Shown here one piece after another: positions 16,730-26,393 of a stretch of 53,856 nt of DNA. The notes under the pieces were generated by a model. That model worked only from the letters and a program-made list of their open reading frames with translations, ran no database searches and was not told where the DNA came from. The translations under genes were made by a program, and so were the position numbers. This stretch comes from a virus. Taxonomy: Duplodnaviria > Caudoviricetes. The stretch's first letter is position 1. Every line of letters begins with the position of its first letter. The stretch spans positions 1-53,856 of IMG/VR virus record IMGVR_UViG_3300033076_000478, one strand, 5' to 3'.

Positions 16730-16799
16730 GGGCAACCCGGGTTGACCTGACCGCGCCCAGCGGACGCTGCACAGACAGATCAGCCCTATCGTGCAGGAG
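16728..16799 (+). ncRNA. putative double-pseudoknot cis-regulatory RNA
   Basis: Three interleaved helices, the last overlapping the RBS of the next gene (see findings). Confidence 0.45.
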
Positions 16800-16807
16800 T
16801 ACCCCAC

Positions 16808-17257
16808 ATGGGAACCTCGACTTTCTCCGGCCCGCTTCGTTCGGGATCCATCTTCAATACCTCTGGCACCACCCTCGGCCAAGACGTCAAGAATGTCGGC
16901 AATGCCGTTCTGGGTCAGGCCGCCTCCGTCACCCAAGTCCTCGCTCAGTCCACCGAGATCGTGATCCCGGCTGGCAGCTGCATCGTGTCGATTGACGCCC
17001 TCATCACCACCGCGTTCGATGGCGTGGCGTCCACGTTCAACGTCGGCACCACCAGCGGCGGCGCTGAACTGGTGTCTGCGGCTGCTGGCGGCACTGTTGG
17101 CCGTGTCAGCTTGGCTCCCGGTGCCAATGCCACGCGGACTGCCCTGTGGAAGAACACGGGCACGTCTGACATCCGCATTTGGGTCAACTCGACCAATGCC
17201 GGCAACGGCGTGGCCGCAATCGTCGTGCGCTATCTGCAAGCGCAAGGGGTGGCATGA
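16808..17257 (+). CDS. virion structural protein
   Basis: 149 aa, beta-rich, STFSGPLRSG start, downstream of the major capsid gene. Confidence 0.7.
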   Translation: MGTSTFSGPLRSGSIFNTSGTTLGQDVKNVGNAVLGQAASVTQVLAQSTEIVIPAGSCIVSIDALITTAFDGVASTFNVGTTSGGAELVSAAAGGTVGRVSLAPGANATRTALWKNTGTSDIRIWVNSTNAGNGVAAIVVRYLQAQGVA

Positions 17258-17439
17258 TGACCCGTGTCGGCAACAAGAAGCCCTCGATGTCCATCAAGAC
17301 CTCTGCGCCGACCGGGAAGCCCTCCAAGACTGAGGACGTCAGCCCGCATGTGGCCAATGGCAGCAAGACCGTGACCGGTGGTAAGCTGGTTCACGGCATG
17401 GCGCTGATGTCGGTCGCCGCCATGAAGGCGAAAAACTGA
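17254..17439 (+). CDS. small basic hypothetical protein
   Basis: ATGA overlap with the upstream stop; good codon bias. Confidence 0.6.
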   Translation: MMTRVGNKKPSMSIKTSAPTGKPSKTEDVSPHVANGSKTVTGGKLVHGMALMSVAAMKAKN

Positions 17440-17458
17440 GGGGTCTTCGGACCCCTCA
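17437..17458 (+). promoter_or_regulatory. UUCG stem-loop
   Basis: TGAGGGGTC-TTCG-GACCCCTCA followed by a CA-rich tract rather than a U tail. Confidence 0.6.
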
Positions 17459-17486
17459 ACCACACACACATTGAGGTCGAGCGATC

Positions 17487-18233
17487 ATGCCCACCCCCAA
17501 CCTTTCCCTGACCAAGCTTGGCCTGTTCGAGCCTTTTGACCTGCAGGTCGGACGTGGCCAGATCTTTGCCCACGAACTGCTGAACGTTCAGGGCTACAAC
17601 GCCAACCATGGCACGACCTTCCGTGCCGTGTGGGAGAAGTCGGACAGCACGGACTACGTGTTCCCGACCACGTCCTCCACCATGACGTTCTCCAGCACCC
17701 TTGCCGAGACCGTGACGATGCAGGTCACCGGCCTTGACGCCGACTACCTGATCAAGACGGCCACGGTCACGTTCACGGCTGATACGTCTGGCGTCGTAAC
17801 CTCCGGCACGGCCGACTTCTTCCGCATCAACTCGATGCGGATCACCAAGGGCACCTCGGTCGGCGTCATCACTGCCGTCAGCGGTGGCGTGACGTACGCC
17901 CAGATCAACGCTGGAGCTGGCCAGTCGCAGGCCAGCATCTACACCGTGCCCGCCGGCTATACCTTCTTCCTGTCGCGGTCTCAGGCCTTTACGACCAACA
18001 ACGGCACCCAGTTCTGCACCTATCGCGTGGCGTCCCAGACGTTCGTCGGCGGGGTCGCTACCCCGAACACTGTGCTGTCCGCGCCGTTCTCCCAGAGCTA
18101 TTCCTCGACCCGGGTGGTGCCGCGTGGCTATGCCGAGAAGACCGACATCCAGTGGCAGCTGAAGCAGTCAAACGCCGCGCCGGGGTCGATCCAGCTGGAA
18201 GGCTACCTGATCAAGAACGACGGGGCGATCTGA
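17487..18233 (+). CDS. virion structural protein
   Basis: 248 aa, Thr-rich beta protein, FFRINSM and IYTVPAG motifs. Confidence 0.7.
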   Translation: MPTPNLSLTKLGLFEPFDLQVGRGQIFAHELLNVQGYNANHGTTFRAVWEKSDSTDYVFPTTSSTMTFSSTLAETVTMQVTGLDADYLIKTATVTFTADTSGVVTSGTADFFRINSMRITKGTSVGVITAVSGGVTYAQINAGAGQSQASIYTVPAGYTFFLSRSQAFTTNNGTQFCTYRVASQTFVGGVATPNTVLSAPFSQSYSSTRVVPRGYAEKTDIQWQLKQSNAAPGSIQLEGYLIKNDGAI

Positions 18234-18484
18234 TGGCCAAGTCTCCCGCGTGGACCCGCAAGGAGGGTCAGGATCCCAAGGGGGGCTTGAACGCCAAGGG
18301 GAGGGCTTCGGCCAAGGCGCAGGGGATGAACCTGAAACCTCCAGCGCCTGACCCGAAGACTGAAAAAGACGCTGCCCGCAAGAAGTCGTTCTGTGCTAGG
18401 ATGTCCGGGATGCCGGGACCGATGAAAGACGAGAACGGCAAGCCCACCCGCAAGGCCCTGTCCTTGAAAGCATGGAAGTGTTGA
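18233..18484 (+). CDS. small basic phage protein (DUF6321-like)
   Basis: AWTRKEG..PKGGLNAKGRAS...RKKSFCARM...W.C signature. Confidence 0.75.
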   Translation: MAKSPAWTRKEGQDPKGGLNAKGRASAKAQGMNLKPPAPDPKTEKDAARKKSFCARMSGMPGPMKDENGKPTRKALSLKAWKC

Positions 18485-18488
18485 CCAG

Positions 18489-19169
18489 ATGACGACCAGT
18501 GGGACGTATGCCTTCAATCCCGGGCTGGGGGAACTGACCCTCTACGCCTACATGAACATTGGTATCCGCCCCACTGCGCTCCTGCAGGAGCATATGCAGA
18601 GCGCCCGGATGGCCACCAACATGATGCTGTCGCGCTGGGCGAACCAAGGCGTGAACCTGTGGGCCGTCGACCTGATCGAGGTGGATCTGGTGCAGGGCCA
18701 ATCCACCTACCCGGTCGATGACAACACGGTCATGATCCTCGACGCCTACGTGGTGCAGCCGGGCAATGTCGACCGCATCATCATCCCGATCTCGCGTACG
18801 GAGTACTCCTCCTATCCGAACAAGCAGCAGCAGGGGTTCACCACCACCTTCTGGTTCGACCGCCTGATCAACCCGACCATCACGCTGTGGCCGGTCCCGG
18901 ATGGCACGTCGGCGACCAAGCTGAAATACTACCGGGTGCGCCGGATCCAAGACGCCGAGATGTCCAACGGGCAGACGGTGGAGATCCCCTACCTGTGGCT
19001 GGAGGCCTTCGCTGATGGGCTGGCATACCGGCTGGCGCGCATCTGGGCACCGCAGATGGCTGTCGCCCTCAAGGCTCAGGCGGACGAGAGCTATCAGATC
19101 GCGGCCGTCCAGAACGTCGAAAACGTCCAGACCTACATCAGCCCCATGATCGGGGGTTACTTCCGGTGA
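18489..19169 (+). CDS. putative head-tail adaptor protein
   Basis: 226 aa; WANQGVNLW, ISRTEY, LWPVPD and GLAYRLA motifs; position in the module. Confidence 0.6.
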   Translation: MTTSGTYAFNPGLGELTLYAYMNIGIRPTALLQEHMQSARMATNMMLSRWANQGVNLWAVDLIEVDLVQGQSTYPVDDNTVMILDAYVVQPGNVDRIIIPISRTEYSSYPNKQQQGFTTTFWFDRLINPTITLWPVPDGTSATKLKYYRVRRIQDAEMSNGQTVEIPYLWLEAFADGLAYRLARIWAPQMAVALKAQADESYQIAAVQNVENVQTYISPMIGGYFR

Positions 19170-19675
19170 GCTACGCATCCCGCTCTGGCCGCGCACGGAC
19201 ATCCAGCCGCAACCCGCAGGCACACGCGATCTGCGACCGGTGCGGGGGGCGGTACAACCACGTCGACCTGCAGTGGCAGTACGACTGGGCTGGCGCGTCC
19301 ACCGTCAACAAGAGGATCTTGGTGTGCAGCCGGTGCTTGGACAACATGCAGCCGCAGTTGCGCGCCATCATCCTGCCTGCCGACCCTGTGCCGATCCTCA
19401 ACCCGCGCCCCGAGCGCTTCGAGGAGTACGAAGTGGACCGCCGCGTCACCATGCGAAACTCGATCAACCTCCGCACGGGCATCCCGGTCTATGACGGCGA
19501 CACCCGCACCCTGATGGACGGAAACACCCGCGTGACCCAGCAGACTGGCGAACCGCCCTATGGCACGAACCAGAAGCCGGGCACCGATCCCAACGCGCAG
19601 CGGCCTCCATTGGACACTGAACCCGGTTTGCCGTATGGTAACACCACTGTTCCAGAGACGGGTCCGCTGAAATGA
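19166..19675 (+). CDS. hypothetical Zn-ribbon protein
   Basis: AICDRCG...LVCSRCLD..QPQL...NPRP; GTGA coupling. Confidence 0.7.
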   Translation: MSYASRSGRARTSSRNPQAHAICDRCGGRYNHVDLQWQYDWAGASTVNKRILVCSRCLDNMQPQLRAIILPADPVPILNPRPERFEEYEVDRRVTMRNSINLRTGIPVYDGDTRTLMDGNTRVTQQTGEPPYGTNQKPGTDPNAQRPPLDTEPGLPYGNTTVPETGPLK

Positions 19676-21492
19676 GCAATGTCCAAATCCCGAACCTTCC
19701 GGTTGGCCTCACCGTCACCCGGAACGACCCTCTCGAAACCGTTCAATACGGCACTTCTGTCCGCATCAACGCGGGCCAGATCGCGGATCTGGTGACGGAT
19801 GTTCAGCATGCCCGAGAGGCTGATCACGCTCTGGTTGCCGACCGCGCCCTGCTGGCGGATCAGGCGCTCTACTCCTCGGTGGTGCCGGCCGCTGGCGTGG
19901 TGGTGCCGCCCAACTTCCAGTGGCCCCAGTCCGCTATCCCCGAGTTTCCGGTCGCCCGCACCTTCTATGTGACGATGGCCGGCAGCGATGCGAACGACGG
20001 CAAGAGCATCACCAAGCCCAAGGCGACCATCAACGCTGCGCTGGCAGCCCTGACTGCCTCCGGCCAGCCCGGCATCGTCATCGTGCACCCGGGCGACTAT
20101 ATCGTCCAGCCGAACACTGAGATCCCCAAGGACAGCGCGCTTTACGGCTATGACCTTCGCGTGACCAACCTGCGCCTCCCGCCGGGCCAGACGGTCAACA
20201 ACATGTTCCTGATGAACTCAGGCATCAAGGTCCGTGGTTTCAGCTTCCGGGGCCTGCAGCACGACGCCTTCAGCATGGACCCGCTGCATCCCGAGAGCAT
20301 CTCGCCGCCCACCAAGGGCTTCGCCTTCGTCTTCAAGCCGGGTGCCATCATCACCCGGTCGCCCTACATCGCCGACTGCTCTCAGCTGCATGAGTTCACG
20401 CAGGACCAGATGGTTCTGCCCATCGACCGCGCCAACGCGAACGCTGTGTTCACGGCGCAGGCTGGCTACGGCGGTGGCAACATCTTGGCTGATGGCGCGG
20501 TCCTGAGCGAGAACAGCCCGCTGAAGTCTGTCGTGGTGGACAGCTTCACCGCCATCAACCCGAACGGCGTGGGCTACCTGATATCTCACGACGCCTTCGT
20601 CCAGCTGGTGTCCGTCTTCACCAACTGGTCCCGTGTCGGCATCTGGTCGCACCTCGGCGGCCACGTCACGCTGGCGAACTCCAACAGCACCTTCGGCGAC
20701 TACTCCCTTGTGTCGACCGACTACCGGATCATCATCAAGGCACCTCCGGTCTCGAACGTGGCGGTGCACACCACGGCCGCAACCCAGATCACCACCAACA
20801 CCGAAAGCATCATCGCCGACCTGATGGGCAGCCGGTACCCTCTCCAGCCCAACTGGAACCTCCTGACCCCCACCCAGATCGCACAGACCGAGCGCGACAC
20901 CCGCACCTTGCTGCGTCAGCTGACGTACGATCTGGAGAGCGGACAGTACCGCGCCAGCGAGTACTTTGTTCAGAAGCTGGTCAACTGGGATGGCAGCCTT
21001 GTGTGGGCCAACAGCCCGATTTTCACCCAGCTGACCCAGCTGTTCATCGACTGCTGGTCTCAGGTGGTTTTGGCGGTCAACACGTTCGTCACGGATCCGG
21101 ACGCCCGCAGCATGGTGGCGTCCCTGATCGGCATGATCCAGACCGTCACCAACGCCACCGCGACGTCCACGATCCCGGGTGAGAACCCGTACGCACAGAT
21201 CTTCTCGTCCCTGATCGAAGCCAACAACCAGCAGCTGTCGTACGCTGGCGCGGGCATCAACTACAACTCGATGCCTGTCGCTCAGGGCGGCACCGGGGAG
21301 GCCTTCCCGCTGACCACCTTGGTCAAGATCAACGGCGGCCGGATCTATGCCACTTTCAGCACGGAAAATGGCGACACTTACCTTGGGCCGGATCTTCGTG
21401 TAGACTTTGAGCGCAGCACCATCGAAGGCCAAGCGTTCTCTCGCGGCGTCCAGAACATTGCCCTTCCTCTGATCATCGCTCTTGGGGGTTAA
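19672..21492 (+). CDS. tail spike/fibre-like protein (beta-helix-like)
   Basis: FYVTMAGSDANDG...PKATINAAL...VHPGDY pectin-lyase-type opening; RSPYI and FVQLVSVFT motifs. Confidence 0.6.
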   Translation: MSNVQIPNLPVGLTVTRNDPLETVQYGTSVRINAGQIADLVTDVQHAREADHALVADRALLADQALYSSVVPAAGVVVPPNFQWPQSAIPEFPVARTFYVTMAGSDANDGKSITKPKATINAALAALTASGQPGIVIVHPGDYIVQPNTEIPKDSALYGYDLRVTNLRLPPGQTVNNMFLMNSGIKVRGFSFRGLQHDAFSMDPLHPESISPPTKGFAFVFKPGAIITRSPYIADCSQLHEFTQDQMVLPIDRANANAVFTAQAGYGGGNILADGAVLSENSPLKSVVVDSFTAINPNGVGYLISHDAFVQLVSVFTNWSRVGIWSHLGGHVTLANSNSTFGDYSLVSTDYRIIIKAPPVSNVAVHTTAATQITTNTESIIADLMGSRYPLQPNWNLLTPTQIAQTERDTRTLLRQLTYDLESGQYRASEYFVQKLVNWDGSLVWANSPIFTQLTQLFIDCWSQVVLAVNTFVTDPDARSMVASLIGMIQTVTNATATSTIPGENPYAQIFSSLIEANNQQLSYAGAGINYNSMPVAQGGTGEAFPLTTLVKINGGRIYATFSTENGDTYLGPDLRVDFERSTIEGQAFSRGVQNIALPLIIALGG

Positions 21493-21494
21493 TC

Positions 21495-21941
21495 TTGACA
21501 GTCATCACCACCGCCCGGCCCCCGCTGAACCTCTTCGAGGTCGTCCGACTGGAGTTTGGCGACACATGGACCGATCTGTACGACGTGCCCGAGTATCTGG
21601 TGCCCGCTGTCGGCCCCACGCCCGCGTACTTTGTGGCGGCGGCTGTCATCGTCACCAGCATGATGGTCGTCAACACCAGCGGGTCTTCCGCGACGTTCAG
21701 CGTCCAGATCCTCGACCCGCAGAGCGCAAACCCGGATCCCTACAACCCGGGTCCGTACGATGCATTCCCCATCGTGGAGAACATGACTGTCCCCGCTGGG
21801 GGCTTCGTCAATGTCGACCTCAACCGGCAGGTCGTGAAGTCGCTGCAAGTGGTTCAGGTGAAAAGTTCGACCGGCGCTAACCTGACGGCGCATTTCAGCT
21901 TTGTCCTCAACCAGCGTGAGCAGTTCACCATCATTCCGTAA
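21495..21941 (+). CDS. tail-associated beta protein
   Basis: 148 aa, TTG start, good codon bias. Confidence 0.65.
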   Translation: MTVITTARPPLNLFEVVRLEFGDTWTDLYDVPEYLVPAVGPTPAYFVAAAVIVTSMMVVNTSGSSATFSVQILDPQSANPDPYNPGPYDAFPIVENMTVPAGGFVNVDLNRQVVKSLQVVQVKSSTGANLTAHFSFVLNQREQFTIIP

Positions 21942-21953
21942 GGGAGATCCAAG

Positions 21954-22319
21954 ATGATCCTTCAAAACAACGCCCGCAACGCCGCAGTGGATGGCGTCAC
22001 GCCCCTGTGGAGCGGCGGCACGATCCAGTTCTACAACAGCTCGACCCCCGGCACGATCATCGTGACCGTCAACATCCCGACGCCGGCATTTGGCGCTGCC
22101 GTGTCTGGCGTGGCTACCGCAAACGCATTCACCGAGGCCACTGCGACCAACGCTGGTGTGGTCGACAGCTACACCGTGAAAACCAGTGGCGGAGCGGCCG
22201 TGTGTTCTGGTACCGTTGGCATGACCTCGGGCTATGACTTCGTGTTCAGCGACACCACCTTCAACGTTGCCGACCGCCTGCAGATCACCGGGATCACCTA
22301 CACGCAGCCCGCCTCCTGA
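21954..22319 (+). CDS. tail-associated protein
   Basis: 121 aa, AAGGGAG RBS, Thr/Ala/Gly-rich. Confidence 0.7.
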   Translation: MILQNNARNAAVDGVTPLWSGGTIQFYNSSTPGTIIVTVNIPTPAFGAAVSGVATANAFTEATATNAGVVDSYTVKTSGGAAVCSGTVGMTSGYDFVFSDTTFNVADRLQITGITYTQPAS

Positions 22320-22331
22320 GGATAAAGACTG

Positions 22332-23135
22332 ATGGCCCTCACCTACGGAAACCGCGTCAAAGTCAATGCAGCCTCTGCGCCTGCATTCGGCGACTTCATC
22401 CTTGGGTCCGCGCAAGCCGGCTATCAGTCCTTCGCTTCGGCTGGCATCGCCAACGGGAATACGGTTCGCTACGTCATCGAGGACGGCAGCAACTGGGAGA
22501 TCGGGACCGGAACCTACAGTTCGACTGGCCCCAAGGTCGCCCGCACCACGGTCATCCAAAGCTCTGCCGGCGGCACCACGCTGATCAACGCATCGGCGAA
22601 TGCGGTGATCATGCTGACCGTCGCGGCGGCTGACTTCTTGTCGACTGATGGCGGAACGGTCACTGGAACCCTTGTGCTTCCCGCTACGACCTCCATCGGT
22701 CCCGTGTCATCCACTGAGCTTGGATACATTGATGGTGTCACCTCGGCCATCCAGACACAGCTGAACGCCAAGGCTCCGACCGCAAGCCCGACGCTCACCG
22801 GCACGATTGCCCTGAGCGGCACGGTCTCTCTTGGCAGCAGCCTGACCGAAACCGTCTATGCGATCACCGGCACGACCCCGGTCCTCAACCCGGCAAACGG
22901 CACGGTCCAGACTTGGACGCTCTCGAACAACTCCACCCCGTCTGATGGCTTCTCCGCCGGTCAGGCGGTGACCTTCATGATTGACGACGGCACCAACTAC
23001 ACGATCAGCTGGCCGTCAGTGACGTGGAAGACCGGCGGCGGTGTTGCGCCCACTCTAAACACGACTGGCTACACTGCCATCGTACTCTGGAAAGTTGGCA
23101 CCGTTCTGTACGGAGCTAGAGTGGGGAACGCCTAA
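22332..23135 (+). CDS. tail fibre protein
   Basis: NRVK...WEIGTGTY anchor domain, GVTSAIQTQLNAK and PTLTGT fibre motifs. Confidence 0.7.
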   Translation: MALTYGNRVKVNAASAPAFGDFILGSAQAGYQSFASAGIANGNTVRYVIEDGSNWEIGTGTYSSTGPKVARTTVIQSSAGGTTLINASANAVIMLTVAAADFLSTDGGTVTGTLVLPATTSIGPVSSTELGYIDGVTSAIQTQLNAKAPTASPTLTGTIALSGTVSLGSSLTETVYAITGTTPVLNPANGTVQTWTLSNNSTPSDGFSAGQAVTFMIDDGTNYTISWPSVTWKTGGGVAPTLNTTGYTAIVLWKVGTVLYGARVGNA

Positions 23136-23136
23136 A

Positions 23137-24171
23137 ATGATGTCGAAGAAGCTCTTGGGCGGCACCGGCACCTCGATCTCTCTGGCTACCGCCCATGCAA
23201 CGACGCCGTATACCACCGCATACCCATGGACCGGCGCTGGGTTTGGTACCAAGTTCTCGAACCCATCCGTCCTTCTGGGTGGATCGGCGACGTCGTGCGT
23301 CTTCGCGCCAAGCTCAAAATATTTGGCCATTGGCTACACCTCCGCCCCAAACATCGCGGTTTATAACTGGGGGCCTACCGGTTATGGGGCCAAGTTTAAT
23401 GATCCGTCCGTGGTTTTTACTGGGAACTGTAACGGTGTCGCCTTTCACCCGCTAGAAAATGCAATCGCAGCTGCTGCGTCAGGAACTCCATATGTCCATG
23501 CATATGCGTGGTCATCGGCTGGATTTGGATCTAAATTCGCGAACCCGTCTTCGCTTCCCAACTCAAACGCTGATAGCGTTGCATTCTCCCCTGCAGGAAC
23601 TGAAATTGCAGTAACAACCGGAACCACTCCGTTTGTTTTTGCGTACGCATGGTCAATATCCGGTTTTGGGGCAAAGTTTTCCAACCCAACAACTGTCCCG
23701 GCAGGGAACGGACATGGCATTGCATTCTCTCCTTCTGGAGGCGCTATTGCCATCGCTCACTTGGGAAGTCCTTATATCAGCGTTTATCCTTGGTCTTCTT
23801 CCGGCTTTGGAGCGAAATACGCAAATCCCGGCACCATTCCGACCGGCACTGGAAACGGTGTTGCCTTCACAAAGAGCGGAAACGTCATTGCCGTAGCCCA
23901 CTCAACTACTCCATACATCTCGGCTTACGCGTGGTCTTCTGCCGGTTTTGGAGCTAAGTTCTCGAACCCCGCAACTCTGCCCCTATCGACAGCTGGCAAC
24001 TGCTTGGCTTTCTCCCCCGATGAAACTGCTGTTGCCATTGGCATTACAGTTGCTCCATTTGTGTACGCATACGGATGGTCATCTGCGGGATTTGGTGCGA
24101 AGTTTAACGACCCCACTACGACCCCGCCCGACTCGGTTTCGGGCATTGCATTCTCAGGTGAAGTATCATGA
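23137..24171 (+). CDS. 7-bladed beta-propeller protein, candidate receptor-binding module
   Basis: Seven ~46-aa repeats PY..AY.WS..GFG.KF.NP...P....VAFSP; lower GC than its flanks. Confidence 0.75.
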   Translation: MMSKKLLGGTGTSISLATAHATTPYTTAYPWTGAGFGTKFSNPSVLLGGSATSCVFAPSSKYLAIGYTSAPNIAVYNWGPTGYGAKFNDPSVVFTGNCNGVAFHPLENAIAAAASGTPYVHAYAWSSAGFGSKFANPSSLPNSNADSVAFSPAGTEIAVTTGTTPFVFAYAWSISGFGAKFSNPTTVPAGNGHGIAFSPSGGAIAIAHLGSPYISVYPWSSSGFGAKYANPGTIPTGTGNGVAFTKSGNVIAVAHSTTPYISAYAWSSAGFGAKFSNPATLPLSTAGNCLAFSPDETAVAIGITVAPFVYAYGWSSAGFGAKFNDPTTTPPDSVSGIAFSGEVS

Positions 24172-24425
24172 TCGACCTAAAAGCTGAACGCATCAAAATC
24201 CTGACTGAAGCGGCTGCCGGCCGCAGGATGGGCCTCCTGTCCTATCAGATCAACATCGACAATTTTCAGATCGCCATCGCAAAGATCGACGCGTCTGAGA
24301 ACCCCGAACCGCACATGGTTGAGTTCGCCGATCAGCTTCGCGAACTTCTCCAATCCAATATTCGGGAGCGCGACAAGGAGAAACTTCTCCTTGATGTCAT
24401 CGAAGAACAGCTGGCGGAGGCGTGA
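24168..24425 (+). CDS. hypothetical helical protein
   Basis: ATGA coupling, 85 aa. Confidence 0.7.
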   Translation: MIDLKAERIKILTEAAAGRRMGLLSYQINIDNFQIAIAKIDASENPEPHMVEFADQLRELLQSNIRERDKEKLLLDVIEEQLAEA

Positions 24426-24877
24426 TGTACGTCAAGGTTGAGAATGGTCAGGTCGTCGCATTCCCTTACGGGTTCGACCTTCTGCGGCGCGATAATCCAA
24501 ACATCTCCTTTCCTGAGCCTATGCCGGATGAACGAATGGCTGACTTTGGGGTATTCCCTGTCCAGCCGCGTGAAGTCCCTCAGTCGTTCGATCCGATCAC
24601 CCAGAACATTGCTCAGGTTGATCCGGTCCTCGAGAACGGTCAGTGGATCCAGCAGTGGCTTGTGACCGAGGCGACGCCAGAGGAAGTCTCTCAGCGCACT
24701 GAGGGTGTCGCCGACAGCGTCCGGGCGGAGCGCGATCAGAAGCTGGCAGCATCTGATTGGACTCAGCTGCCAGACGTCAATGTCGACAAGCAGAAGTGGG
24801 CCGATTACCGCCAAAAGCTGCGCGATGTCACTGATCAGCCCGGCTTCCCCCTCAACGTGATCTGGCCGACTGTGTGA
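24425..24877 (+). CDS. tail fibre assembly chaperone
   Basis: VRAERDQKLAASDWTQLPD...WADYRQKLRDV..QPGFP..V.WP signature. Confidence 0.85.
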   Translation: MYVKVENGQVVAFPYGFDLLRRDNPNISFPEPMPDERMADFGVFPVQPREVPQSFDPITQNIAQVDPVLENGQWIQQWLVTEATPEEVSQRTEGVADSVRAERDQKLAASDWTQLPDVNVDKQKWADYRQKLRDVTDQPGFPLNVIWPTV

Positions 24878-24933
24878 CCTAGTCCGCTGCGGCATTGCTG
24901 TGGTATTCTGACCACGACATCGGAGGCCACTAA

Positions 24934-25899
24934 ATGTTCAGCGCAACAGAACCGCTTGCCAGTTCCCCAGTATCCGTTGTCGGAACCAGCAAGCTTGTCT
25001 ATGCCGCCGGGACGCTTAGGAACGCCGCCGAGACGCTTTCCGGTACCGCAGCCCGGCGGAAGATGCACTATGCGTCGGCCGGGCTGCTTAATCCAGCCCA
25101 AACCGTTCGCGGCACATCTCAGCGCATTCGCGTCCTGTTCGCCTCTTCTGCTGTCAGGAACGCCCCGCAGCGCGTTGCGGGAACCGCGCTCTATACTCGC
25201 ATCGTCCGGGCCGCTGGTGGCGTTCTGAACGCCCCCCAGACCGTGGCAGCCATCTGCTACACCACGGTCACCATCTACGCATCGTCCGACCTCCTGCAGG
25301 CCATCCAGCTGGTCAGCGGCGGCGGCACGGTGGAGAAGGACATCAACGGCACGGCAGCTCTGGCGAACGCTCACCAGACGCTGATTGGGGCTGGAACCCG
25401 GATCCGCGTGTTGACCGGATATGGCGACCTGACATCCGGCATCCAAGAGATCTACGGATCGGAGTTCACACCGATCTGGATCAAGACCCTCGCGGCCCCC
25501 ATCAACACCTACGAGGTGGCGCTGGTTGACACGTACGAACCGTACAGCACCACCAACCACTTCCTGACCATCTATCAGGTTCCCGGCTACAAAGAGCTTC
25601 AGCAGGACGGATCCTACATCGAGCGCAGCGTCACTGCCGTCATCACGGCAATGTCCGCCTGCACGTCCGAGGGAACCCCGCAGCCCATCGCGATCATCGT
25701 GGTCAAGGTTGAGGGCGTGAAGACCTACTACGTCATGCCATCGTACGATGTACACACCGGACAGCTGAATGTGCTGCCCATGCGCGACTTCAACCTCGTG
25801 ACAGGAGACGTCATTCAGGTTAAGGCTCTGGGCACTGGCGACGTCAACGTCAGCCTGAGCATGCTGCTGAACACGCAGCCTTATTATGAGGTGATATGA
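24934..25899 (+). CDS. tail-associated protein with short repeats
   Basis: Repeated L.N..QTV.G units. The C-terminal domain loosely resembles the 21495-21941 protein. Confidence 0.6.
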   Translation: MFSATEPLASSPVSVVGTSKLVYAAGTLRNAAETLSGTAARRKMHYASAGLLNPAQTVRGTSQRIRVLFASSAVRNAPQRVAGTALYTRIVRAAGGVLNAPQTVAAICYTTVTIYASSDLLQAIQLVSGGGTVEKDINGTAALANAHQTLIGAGTRIRVLTGYGDLTSGIQEIYGSEFTPIWIKTLAAPINTYEVALVDTYEPYSTTNHFLTIYQVPGYKELQQDGSYIERSVTAVITAMSACTSEGTPQPIAIIVVKVEGVKTYYVMPSYDVHTGQLNVLPMRDFNLVTGDVIQVKALGTGDVNVSLSMLLNTQPYYEVI

Positions 25900-26393
25900 T
25901 GCCGGGACCGCTTTGGGAGGCGACAAGGGATCTGCACCACGCCTGTGAAGCCCACCCCGTGGGCAAGGCAATGGCATCGGGACAACCCCCGCTTCACTGG
26001 TACGCCGGATGGTTGCAGGCTCTGCGCGCCATCCACTTGGTCGTGGATCCCACGCTGGATCCATGCCTTCACCGCGTCGACCGTCTCTCTGACGACATCG
26101 ACGCACTCGGCATAGCCGCTGGTACGCCTGATGCGGCCACGGCCTATGCCTCTAGCCTGACAGACGAGAAGCGCCTTGCTGGCGCGGCCTACGTGCTGAC
26201 GGGCGCGCACCTTATGGGCGGCGAAATCATGCGCCGCCGGTTGGAAGGTTTCCCGACAGCCCATCTCACATGGGATGACAGGAAAAGCGCTCTGGTAGAA
26301 CTGAACCGGTTCCGTGAGCGTGAAGACATCGCGGGGGAGGCTGTGGCCTGCTTCCGCGCACTCCTGTCAATCATGGACGAGATCGCCAAATGA
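25896..26393 (+). CDS. heme oxygenase-like protein
   Basis: LWEATRDLHHACE (proximal His helix) and AYVLTGAHLMGGEIM (Gly-rich distal helix). Confidence 0.7.
   Translation: MMPGPLWEATRDLHHACEAHPVGKAMASGQPPLHWYAGWLQALRAIHLVVDPTLDPCLHRVDRLSDDIDALGIAAGTPDAATAYASSLTDEKRLAGAAYVLTGAHLMGGEIMRRRLEGFPTAHLTWDDRKSALVELNRFREREDIAGEAVACFRALLSIMDEIAK

Noticed and set aside
23137-24171. Diversity-generating retroelement acting on the tail repeats
   Set aside because: No reverse transcriptase and no adenine-specific TR/VR pair.
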